64,000 nt of DNA from the human T2T-CHM13v2.0 reference genome, Homo sapiens. Made by a program: the position numbers and the translations under genes. Under the pieces are notes generated by a model that saw nothing but the letters and a program-made list of their open reading frames with translations, was not told where the DNA came from and made no database searches. The DNA lies in the NCBI RefSeq assembly GCF_009914755.1, contig NC_060936.1; one strand, written 5' to 3'. Below are positions 1-12,700 of the stretch, piece after piece (the stretch's first letter is position 1; each line of letters begins with the position of its first letter).

Positions 1-429
1 CACATATACTAAATCATTAAATCATCACAACAACTCATTTTAAAATGAGGAAACAGACGCAGGTAAAGGAACTTGCCCAAGGTTACTCAGCTAAAAAAAA
101 AAACAAAAAACAAAAAACCGGCAGAATTTGGACTCAAACCCCACAGGTTGGCTCCAGAGTCCTGCCTGCTCTTAGCCCTGTGCCCCCACATATAGCAATG
201 CTTTTGGTAAATGTTTGTTAAATCACAATGTGGGCTGTTCTAGGATGCTTGTTTCTTAAGCATTTTTGGGGAGTGAAATTCACTTCTGTAATACACAGTT
301 ATGGTTAGTATGGTCTTCTCTACACCACCACTGGTTTCAATAAAGTTCTTCTTTCGTAACACATATGCCCTGCTGCCAGTTTCAAATTGACCAACGTTTA
401 TAAGCAAGGAAAAACGAGGGTCCACGGAA

Positions 430-1020
430 GATCTCCAGGACCGATCAAAAGGCCGCACATTCACTGTGGGGCCTCCGCTTTTCCAGAGAAACCCGGCAGG
501 CTGAGCTGAGCGTCTGGCGAGGCGTGGGGTTTTGCGGGCCCTGACCGCTGCGGCGCCGCTGGTGAGGAACACGCCCAGGAGCAGAGGAAGGGGGCGACTC
601 ACCCGTCGGCGTCAGCTCCAAGCAAGGCACAGGGAGTCCCGGGGGCCAGGCCCCGTCCTTCCCTCTCTCTCCGGCCAGCCTCCCCACAGTCCGCAGTCCC
701 CGAGGCCTGGAGCCGGGATTTCGGTCCTCGGTCTCAAGAAGCTCCCGACAGTTCTCAGCACCGCCAACCAGGCCATCAGTCCCTTCGCCCATGGCCAATC
801 AGGGCTCGGGAGATGACCGCCAACCCCCGCCCCCCCAAGACACGCCCCCGCGTCCCAACGCAGCCAGTCAGAGCGCGGGACACAACTACGCGTCCCTCCC
901 CGCACCACGAGGGCGAGTCGGAGTGGGAATCGGCTTTCCAGGCAGCCCAGCCTGTGCTGGCGGGGGCATCTGGCATTTTCACACCCTTTCCTTCCGAGCA
1001 TTTTAGGAAGCGGAGTTCCA
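430..1020 (-). promoter_or_regulatory. MTERF2: CpG island promoter of the downstream minus-strand gene (MTERF2 by known gene order)
   Basis: GC/CpG-dense island in otherwise CpG-poor DNA. Contains CCAAT box GGCCAATCAG (~793-802), GC box CCCCGCCCCC (~825-834), ACTACgcgtCCC..GCAC ZNF143/THAP11-like motif (885-905) and ETS-like GGAAGCGGAG (~1006). Gene identity comes from recalled human gene order; no coding sequence of it is in the window. Confidence 0.75.
603..790 (-). other. MTERF2: Probable non-coding first exon of MTERF2 (TSS approximate)
   Basis: Consensus donor CGG|GTGAGT on the minus strand (plus actcac 597-602) inside the CpG island. The 5' boundary cannot be fixed from sequence. Confidence 0.6.
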
Positions 1021-3021
1021 GTAGCTTTGAGGCTTAGAAAATATAAGAAAAAAAGAAGTAACAGAAACCGCTATATCTTTAAGATAGAGCCAATCACTGT
1101 TCCCAAAATAATTCAGTTAGGTAAAGAACCAACTTACAAAAGAAATGTTTAAAAAACCCCCAAAGTTCTTTGAAACACATCTGAACTCTTCCCCGCCCCC
1201 ACCCTACCCCAGCAGTTAGCGACTGTCTTTAAAAGCCATTCTCCTTTCTCTCCCTCCTTGCCACCTTCACCTAAATACTCCCCTTTTCTGATAAACTGCC
1301 AAGTGGTTTCCATTCTAATTATTACCGGTGATGCCCAACCTCATACACTAAACACGTTAATTTCTCCTTAAAGCCAGGCTGAATGTCTCTCTCATTTATT
1401 TTCACATTTATCCATCCAAAAAACAAGTATTTATGGCAGGCCTGCTAAGTGCCAAGCATATTGAAACAGCAATGAGAAAATAGAGGGGGAATAAAACACA
1501 TTCCCTGTCCTTATGGAGCTTACATTCTAGTGGAGGGCAGAGATATCAACAACTAATAACGTGACTAATCACACCTAGTTAAGTGTTATCGAGGACAGGG
1601 TGCCCTGAGCTGGGCCTGGTGATTCTGTTTGTGTGGAGTTGGAGTCAGGAAAACTGGTTTTCCCAGCTGGAGGTGTCTGCTGTCAGGTGTTCGTAGCACA
1701 CTGTGCACAGTTCTGCCGTCGGTGGCACTGGCATACAGACTGCCCTCGCACCCTGTGGAGTGAATTCCTTGAGGCTACTGATTATTTTTTCTGTCAACAA
1801 TGCTGGGCACACAGTAGGAACTCAGGAAATGTTAACTAAATCTTTGAGTCTAGTCTCACTATGCAGTTTAGGCTCAACAGGCTATATTGAGAGGAGCTCA
1901 CACGTGCATTTAACTCCACTGAGTAGCAGCAAGAATCCTGGCTCCTCAAGATCACCCACCTCTGATCTCTAGGATATTCTAGAATGATCTGAGCAACTCA
2001 TGTGTACAGCTGGGGGGTGTTTGTCCAGCAACTCCTGAGTTATCCGAATATAAAAACTCTATTATGCATAGATTTATTGCACACTTTTTCCTGAAATAAA
2101 ATGATTTGGGGTCCAGACTAACCAAAGTGTGTCATTTGCACTTAGGAAAAGGAAATTAGGATACAGAAAAGGAAGTTAAGGAATGTAAACTCAGGACTTA
2201 GAACTGCAAGCTGCCATCACTGGTCAGGAGGGAGGGAGCAGAAATGTGCACCAGGGTGCTGGAAGCTTGTATTAGGGCTCCACGTAATTGTGCAAGGAAT
2301 TACAATACATATGACCCCGTGCATTGTAATCAAAACTTGAAACTGACAAATCAGCTATGCCAACTGTATTAAATAAATGCTACTCAAAGTTTTTTCCAGC
2401 CCAAATATTTAAACAGTGCATTTCTAGGACCATATAATCAGAAAAAAAACCTTGAATGAAGAAAAGGGGAAAAGAACTTACAATTATGCATATTATGTAC
2501 AAGAAAATTACAAACACATTTGAATTGTGAGAAGATCCTGAAATTTCTAGTATGTAAGAGATGCATTAAAAATACTGATAGACTTTTATATCTCAAATTT
2601 ACTTATTTATTTTAAGCAAATATGAAAAACATAAGGACTTTGTACAGTTCATTCAAAACCCTGGTTCTCTCAATATAATTTTCCCAAGTTGTCAGTACAG
2701 TTTTTGGCAATAAGAATTGAAGAAGTATTTGCTGAATGAGTAAAATGTCTTAAATCCCTTAACCACAAGTAGGATTTCTAGTTAAGGGGAGAACACTGAT
2801 TCGAACATCATGTATCTGCTCAAGTAGAGCATGATGACTGATGCCTTTTCTTTCCCTTTCAGTGATTCATTTTGACCACTATTTACACCAAACTGAAAAA
2901 GCTTTCCAAAAAACTCCCTAATAAAAAAAAAATCCTCTTACATTTATAAATAGCATACCAGTGCTTATGCTGAGATAGTGTTCTTTTACTGTTTATTTAT
3001 TCACATTAAAACTGAATCTTT

Positions 3022-3423
<402 letters not shown>

Positions 3424-3547
3424 TTACCATAAAAAACAATTAAAATATTACTTCACTTTAACAGTGGTGAAAAAAGAACGATAAAGCACAGGATTTTTTC
3501 TTATTCTTTTTCTCGGTAATGGATTTCCCACCTGCCGCCCCATCCCC

Positions 3548-4232
3548 GAGACAAGGTCTCACCCTGTCATCCAGGTTGGAGTGCAGTGGTGCAATCATAG
3601 CTCACTGCAGCCTCAAATCCCCTAGATCAAGCCATCCTCCCACCTCAGCCTCCCAAGTAGCTGGGACCATAGTGCACACCACCACACCTGGCTAATATTT
3701 TTGTTGTTTCCTTTTGTAGAGATGGGGTCCCAAGATGTTGTTCAGGCTAATCATTTTTTTTTTTTTGAGACAGAGTCTCACTCTGTCGCCCAGGCTGGAG
3801 TGCAGTGATGTGATCTCGGCTCACTGCAAACTCCGCCTCCTGGGTTCATGCCTCAAGTGATTCTCCTGCTTCACTTCAGTTTCCCAAAGTGCTAGAATTA
3901 TAGGCATGAGCCACCCTGCCTGGTCTTCTTTACTTTTTTTTTATTTTTATATTGATTTTTTAAAAATAGAGATGGGGTCTTGCTAAGTCTCCAGGGCTGG
4001 TCTCAAACTCCTGGCTTTAAGTGATCCTCCCGCCTCAACCCCACAAAGTGCTGGGATTACAGGCAATGAGCCACCACACCCAGCTCAGATGAGGTCTTGA
4101 TCTGTCCACCCAGGCTGGAGTACAGTGGCACAATCATAGCTCACTGCAGCCTTGACCTCCTGGGCTTCAGTGATCCTCCCACCTCAGCCTCCAAAAGTGC
4201 TGGGATTATAGGCGTGAGCCACCACACCTAGC
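3548..4232 (-). mobile_element. Cluster of four partial/monomeric Alus (AluJ fragment, deleted Alu, FLAM, FRAM-like)
   Basis: Consecutive reverse-complement Alu arms separated by T-rich tails. Confidence 0.85.
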
Positions 4233-4959
4233 CTCAGTAATGGAATTTATTGATCATTGTTAATTCACTATCCAGGATATTTTTAAAAATGCATATCATC
4301 TAAAATGTTATCGTTTCTGTATTTTTACTCAACTTTTATCTTCAGTTATCTTTAAATTATCATACTAAATATCTATCATGATTAATGATGGGAAAATGAA
4401 AAGCCACTGGTTATAATTCAGAATGGCAAGAACTAACCTACTAGAGAACACTAAAGGGATAATAACAATACTAATAAAAATAATGGCAGCTAACCAGAGC
4501 TGTGGCATACAGCTATGCAGACTGTGCACTGTACACGACAGGGGGTGACACAGCATGGCAGCCCTGTGGCTAACACTGAGTACCCTATCACATGCCAGCT
4601 CATAAGTATTTTACATGGAACTGAACTATAAAGCAGATACTACCCTCATCCCTATTTTATAGATAAGAAGAAAGAAGACATAGAAGGTTAAACTTGCTCA
4701 AGACCTCAAAGCTAATGAATGGCAGAAATGGGCATTTGACTCGAGAGCTCACTCTATTGATTGCTAGCCCATACTGCCTGATTTATGGTTACAAATGCCA
4801 TTACTTGAAAAAAGTCCCTTTAGTTTTACCTCTTTCTTGCATATAATTTTGAAAAACACTGTTTAACTAAACATATGGTAGCTGTTCCTTCAAAATGATG
4901 ATGTGGTTTATAGAATCTCTTTGTAATTTGTAATCATATATCATACAGCAATACTCTCT

Positions 4960-5020
4960 CCCTTACCAAAAAAGAAAAAAAAACACGTACACAAGATTTC
5001 ATATTTGCATATACTTTAAT
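4960..5020 (-). terminator. CRY1: CRY1 polyadenylation signal and downstream U/GU-rich element
   Basis: ATTAAA on the minus strand at 5015-5020, followed ~20-50 nt downstream by TTGTGTACGTGTTTTTTTTTCTTTTTT; cleavage expected near 4997. Confidence 0.8.
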
Positions 5021-5634
5021 AACAAGTTCATTTTAGTAATAAATGAACAAAGAAACAGAGACAGAGAACTTAACACATGATACTTCCACAAGTTTGGGTC
5101 TAAAAAGGTTTACATCAAAGTTTAAAACATATACTGTCTGTGTTAACAGAGGCTACAATACCAATTTGGATTACGCACATTATCTAAAACATTATTATCA
5201 AAGAGTGCAAAGTTAGATCAAACAACATCAAGAAAATTCTGTCCTAAAATTTTAACGTCTTTTAAGAAAGTCTAAAAACCTCCTTTTTTCCCACTGACTT
5301 CAAAACTTTGAGTTTTATATCAGAATATCAATTTGTCATTTTAACTTTACCATACATGAAAAATTATCAAAAATATATCGATGGGTCTATACTAATTGTG
5401 ACTGTTTATATTTACATTAAGCAAATTCTCTTGCCAAGTTCTTTATATACAAATTACCAATTGTCCTCTGTGAAATTCATTAAAAAGTTAAAAACCACAG
5501 AAATGTCATTAGAAACAACATATTTCAATATGTAACTGCTTTCCATCAATGAAGAATATTTTTAAATAACTTAATTGAAAAGTATTGAACTCCCCACCAA
5601 TTTCAGCTGCAACAGTATTCCTCCTGAATGTTTT
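4997..5634 (-). other. CRY1: CRY1 exon 13 (entirely 3'UTR)
   Basis: Acceptor TTTTTTTTTCCCCCTTAAATCACAG| (AG at 5635-5636), AT-rich UTR, ends at the poly(A) signal above. Confidence 0.88.
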
Positions 5635-6419
5635 CTGTGATTTAAGGGGGAAAAAAAAACTAGGTAAAGCTTGATTGCAAATAATTCAATGACAAAAATG
5701 TGATGAGTGTTTATTGACCTTATCTTCAAGATACTTATAGTCTAATTAGGTTGACATAAAAAAACTAAGCAATAAAAAATGTAAACAGTGTTAGAAACTG
5801 AAGAAACAGAAAATTTTTAAAAACTGGCAAATCCAACGTATAAATATTTTTCATATTAATTTAAATCACAAAATGACATCCCAAATCCAATTAAATTGAA
5901 TGCAGGCAAGGCTTTCTGATACTTCTAATAAGGGCCAGCATTTTAAAAAATTTTGAACTATTCCCAAATTGGAAATAATTTAGATTTTAGAAGCATCATA
6001 ACAGATAAAAGAAATTTATCAACATTTAAGAGGCAAAGATTTAGGGGAAAGTTCATAAAAAGATTATATTAATGTCACTAAAATAAACAGGCCACTTTAA
6101 TTGTTTTAGACTCATAGTTACATAGTAAGGAAATAAAAAAGTTGTCTTTTTCTAAGAAAAAACTTGACCACAAAATCATAAACATCTCTAATTTAAAGAG
6201 CATTGGTTCAGATGAATATAAAACTGGTGCAACAATTTCTCCAGTACAGATGCATGTCTCTTGACCAAAAATTAACTGAGTTTGTAAAAATTGCTTAAAA
6301 ATTAATGCCTCAAGATTTTCTGGTTTGAAAATAGAGATTTGCTCCATTTTTGAAATTATCTTAATTTATGTTAATTATATACTCTTCTAAAGCAAGAAAT
6401 ACAGCTCTAAAATATTTAC

Positions 6420-6523
6420 CTAATTAGTGCTCTGTCTCTGGACTTTAGGACCAATACTCTGTGTGTCCTCTTCCTGACTAGGACGTTTCCCACCACTGAG
6501 ACCAGTGCCCATGGAGCTTCTTC
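6420..6523 (-). CDS. CRY1: CRY1 exon 12 ([34 protein letters not shown])
   Basis: 104 nt, CAG| acceptor; the stop TAG (6420-6422) is the last codon before the GTAAAT donor; matches the CRY1 C-terminus. Confidence 0.97.
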
Positions 6524-6597
6524 CTGCACATTTAAAAAATGTATGTTTAAGATAGGAAAAGGAAAAAGAACAGTATGCTCCAATGCTTCATTCTTAC

Positions 6598-6669
6598 CTT
6601 GCTTCAACAGGTGAGTTTGCTGACTGTCGCCATGAGCATAGTGTAAAATACCACTCCCTTGAGAGCAAC
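6598..6669 (-). CDS. CRY1: CRY1 exon 11 ([24 protein letters not shown])
   Basis: 72 nt, symmetric phase 1-1, AAG|GTAAGA donor; the exon skipped in CRY1-delta11. Confidence 0.97.
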
Positions 6670-9265
6670 CTGTTAGTATTTAAAACACAGTAAAATTACT
6701 TAAAATCAAATCCAAGATGTATGTATTATTAAGTCTACAAATCCAACTTTTAGCGCTTGTACTTAAGGTCATTTATATGCTTTTAAGACTAAATCTCAAT
6801 CTTCCTATGAACCAAAAATCACATGCTCAAACCAGGAAAACTTAAATTTAGGCTCACAGAAGTGTTGACAGCTCAAAGGAAAAATCATTGATGATCATTT
6901 TCTAAAAAACATTTCCTTACTAGATGACAATTTGAAACTTGACCATGAAGGTAAAACATAGGGGCAAGAGTGAGATAGACATTCCTCCCTCACTCTTGTC
7001 CCTTTTCCCACGCTTTTCCTTCAGAGCTCCTCCAAACATATTTCCTTGAGGATAAGGGAATAAGGGCCTGCCCGATGAGTTAAACAATTCAAATCATACG
7101 ACAAGCAGAAGACACAGACTATGTGGCAGTTACCTAGCCTAAGCAATCCTATCAACCCTTCTAAAAACAAACACTATTATAGGAGAATAGGTTGGCTAGA
7201 ACAGAGAAGTATGTTTTAGGGAAACATTTCTGTCAGTGTGTCCAGTTTATGGAAAAATATGAGCATTCTGGACCTATCCACGAGCAGGTGGATAGGTCAA
7301 CACCTTATGGCCTGAACAAGACTGTGCACTTACTTTCGTTTTAATTAACTTCAATCCCAGGCAATCAGTGGCAGTTGCTCACCCTAAGTGAGTATGAAGT
7401 ACTATCCCATAGTTGTTTTAATTTGCATTTCCCTAATGACTAATAATGCCGATGAACTGATATTTTACAATAAAAAAACCTAAAAGTTAAATAAAAACTA
7501 AAACATATTGCTACAGTAGTAAACATATTACAGTCTGTTTTATTATAAGAACAAAAGTAAGACTTCTATGTATAGTTTATTCCTTTCCTGAGCACATGTG
7601 CACACACACACAAATACAAAGATGAGCAGAGAAAAATGCAATTTGTGTTGCAGAGATTAAGAATGTTCCACAGTCATTAAAAAAAACAAACAAAAACAAA
7701 CAAACAAAAAACTAAGACAAGTAAAAGAATTTTGCCCTTTGACATGCCTTGTAAGGTACTATAAAAGCCTACAGACAGGATAAGTGTAAGGCATAAAAGG
7801 ATATGCTTTAGAAGCATTTAAGTCCTTTCAAATGGGGCAGAAACCTGAGAGGAGAAATGTTTAATATTAATAGCATAGCCCAAGCCGTGTCTTTTCACAA
7901 TTTCCCATTTCCAGGTCTAAAATGTTTTTTTCCTTCATCTGACTACCCAAATGCTACTCAATCCTGCCACCTTTCAAGAAAGTTTCTCTAGTCCCTTCAG
8001 CTCTCAATAATCTCTCCCTTTTCTCATATTGCACATGGAGGCAGCATCTTATAATTTATCACTTTTTCATTTGTTTTTGTTTTCCCTCCACACCCCCATT
8101 TATACTTAAGTTCTACTTAGCTTTTCATGTCTCATGTCTTTTGAAAGCCTCCAAGAAGCTGGCTACAAACTATGTTACAGGCAAATATTTACATGATTAA
8201 AATAATTTCAAGATTTATTAATTCTTCTATTATATAATAAACTACCCTATATACATTTGTGAAGCAAAATTGTCCCAATTTAACCTGCTACTATGATTAG
8301 CTTTTGAAGATAATTCCAAATAAACGACACAGGTTTGAGTGGTCTAAGAAGCAGTCTGTGCCATCATTGTGTATTAGCCCAACCCTTGGTTCCTAGCCCA
8401 TTGCTACCTGCCTGTTATCTTAGTGCTTCACAGAGCTTCTGTCCCTCACTCATGTGTGGGCTGACAAGGCAGGCTGTGAACTGAACAAGAGATCTGAAAG
8501 AACTTTTGAAATGATTATCTTGTGGAAGTTTATTCAAATTGTAGGAGATACTGAGAAGGAACATTTCTCAAGTATACTGCCATCACTGGCAACTGTCGAC
8601 TGCTGGGTGGATCACATTCCAGGAATAAAATATTTTCTCTTGTAAACACTTATGGCATTCCATTTGCAGAGGAGGCCCAATGATGCAGGAAGAAGTACAA
8701 GCTTTGGAGCTAGTCAGACTTGGATCTGAATCTTAGCTCAACTACTTACTAACTGTGGGATCTTGGTTAAGTTACCTAATCTTTCTAGGATTATTTCCCC
8801 AAATATAAAATGAGGATCCCACTACCTCCTCCCCAGGTTACTGTGAGAAAGTATGCAAAAATCCCTTACTATCTACTGGGCAAAGGTAGGCAGTCAAAAT
8901 GTGAGTGCTTTTGTCCCCTTCTCCCAAAACTAATTCTTGGAGGATAAAATACATGCTGTTTTCATGAGGATGCAGGACATTTCTGAATTCAAAAAGGTTC
9001 AGTTTTTAAAAGGTTTTATTCTTAATATCAACTTAGAACATCTGACTTAAAAAAGCATTCCTCAAATGCTACCCTGTTTTTATCCTGTTTTTTTTATTTT
9101 GAAAAATATAGATTCACAAACAGTTGTAAAGTTAGTACAAAGAGGTCCTGTTTCCCTATCTTCTTAGTGACATCTTATGAAACTACAGTACAACAATATA
9201 ACCAGGTATTGACATTGATACAAAGTGTTTGTATGATTTTATGCTCTTTTATCACATGTATAGAT

Positions 9266-10304
<1,039 letters not shown>

Positions 10305-10927
10305 ATGCTGTCCTATTTTTTAATCAAATTACTGAGCTTCATGCTATTTTTGGTCAAAGCCAAAAACTAATATGATGGTTCAAATTTCTAACACATACTG
10401 AGTTCCTGAAATTATTAATATCACACATAAGAATTTACATGGTCACTAAATTTGTATCATACAGAAAACTACTACAGACCAGACTTTATAAGAAAAACTT
10501 ATGTGCAAAAAGACTAGAGGGCTCTATGCATGTGTACAATAAATCTTTTGGCCATGTTCACAGGGCCACTGACTTTCTTAACTAATTACCTTATAGTTGC
10601 CATACACCTAAGGAGTAAAAAATAATAAGCATTCTGAAAATATGACATTTGAGTTTCATTTTATCCTTAAAATTGCTCTCCTCAGTTTGCAAGAGCTTTA
10701 ACTTGACCCAGTATCTATTATACGTAATGATATTTTCCATCTCTAAAATGTCATCAATGGAGTGAAGAGATGTGTCTGGGTGCACATGTATGCATGCATA
10801 CAAAGAATCTATTAAGCTAATTTCAAAGACAGATTTTTATAAAATATGTTAGTGAGGATCAATAACAAATATATTTGTTTAATAACCTCTTCATGTTACT
10901 AAGTGCAGAAATTTCCTTTTCACTTAC

Positions 10928-11020
10928 TTCCACTGCTGCTACAACCTGGGATATTTTCTGCAGAATATCCCATGAAGCCTCCATTCCCATTAGGATTAGA
11001 AGGTACTGATGCCAGAAGAC
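10928..11020 (-). CDS. CRY1: CRY1 exon 10 ([31 protein letters not shown])
   Basis: 93 nt, TAG| acceptor and GTAAGT donor, frame-consistent. Confidence 0.97.
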
Positions 11021-11121
11021 CTAAAGGACAAAAAAATTTTCTTTTAAATTATGATCAAGATAAAATTCAAAGATAAGTACATAAACAGCTGCCAAAGAAA
11101 CAAAGACAGTTCTTAACATAC

Positions 11122-11324
11122 CTAGTCCTCTATATCGTGAAAGCTGCTGATAGATCTGTTTCATCCTTTCGATATTCAAACGGCTTGCCTCAGCATGGTT
11201 CACCATTGGTTTAGGATAATTAACTCCTATCAAACATTTGGCTACCTTTTGGATACCTTCTGGTGCATTCCAGGGATCATAGATATATTTTGCAGGGAAG
11301 CCTCTTAGGACAGGCAAATAACGC
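11122..11324 (-). CDS. CRY1: CRY1 exon 9 ([18 protein letters not shown]...CC helix...QLSRYRGL)
   Basis: 203 nt within ORF 11021..11371; AG/GTATGT boundaries. Confidence 0.98.
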
Positions 11325-11548
11325 CTTTGGGAGAAAAAAGAAAGATTACTAATAAAATGCACTCTAAGCAAACTATAACTACTAGCTATGACAGACCAAA
11401 ATCAAATCAAGACCATTTAAATGATCTGTTTACCCTTCTCATCTCTGCTGCCCATCATGAGTGGGGAATACTTTAAGCATTGATTAAACATGAAAAGCTC
11501 TTCTTGAATTAACTATTCCAAACTGAGTAGTAATCACCCTTGATTTAC

Positions 11549-11700
11549 CTGATATAGTCTCCATTGGGATCTGTTCTCCTACCAAAACCAACAGGGCAAT
11601 AGCAGTGAAAAAACTGTTGAAAAAAGGAACTACAAGACAGCCACATCCAACTTCCAGCATTTATGCTCCAATCTGCATCAAGCAATAATTCTTCAAATAC
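11549..11700 (-). CDS. CRY1: CRY1 exon 8 ([27 protein letters not shown]...DPNGDYI)
   Basis: 152 nt, photolyase/cryptochrome FAD-domain signature; AAG|...|GTAAAT. Confidence 0.98.
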
Positions 11701-12275
11701 CTTCAGAAGTAACAGTAACCAATTAGTTTGCACACACATAATTCGCAAAGCAAGCATTTTCAAGGTCACAGTAGAGCCAAAGTCAAGGCAAAGAAAATCT
11801 AGCACAGAATTGTAAAATTAAACATTCCAAAGTTAGCTTCCCTATGTTCTGTTCTATAATGAGCTCTTCCAGAGAAAGAAACATAGTGGTAATATAGTAT
11901 GCTTCTGAAGAGAATTTACTTTTCCAACCTCTGCAGTGTTACTGGGAGAATGGAAGGTAAAAAAAATATTCAAATCACTGATTTAAAAGGATGTGGATTT
12001 AAAAGGATATTATTAGTAGACACAGGAAAAGCAGTCAACCACTTTCAAGAAAGCAAAAATGCTATTACATAAAACACCAACAAAAACTTAGCTTCATATT
12101 CTAGCCTAAATAAAGGAAGCATACTCAAATATAAATTCACTTAAAAATATATACTAGCATTACATAGTTTAATTTCGAATTCCTTGATCAGAAAGAAAAT
12201 AGAATTAAAATAAATGATTTTTATATATATTCATTAAGTATGTTATATATTGTCTTTGTATACAACGGTGTACTA

Positions 12276-12700
<425 letters not shown>

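Noticed and set aside
240-1037. Seven overlapping ORFs of 68-129 aa in the CpG island
   Set aside because: Expected from stop-codon scarcity in GC-rich DNA; both strands, no recognisable domains.
11701-11805. Reading frame open 35 codons upstream of exon 8 as an alternative acceptor
   Set aside because: The next upstream AG is out of phase with exon 7; the stretch is an ordinary AG-free zone with a branch-point-like CTAAT.
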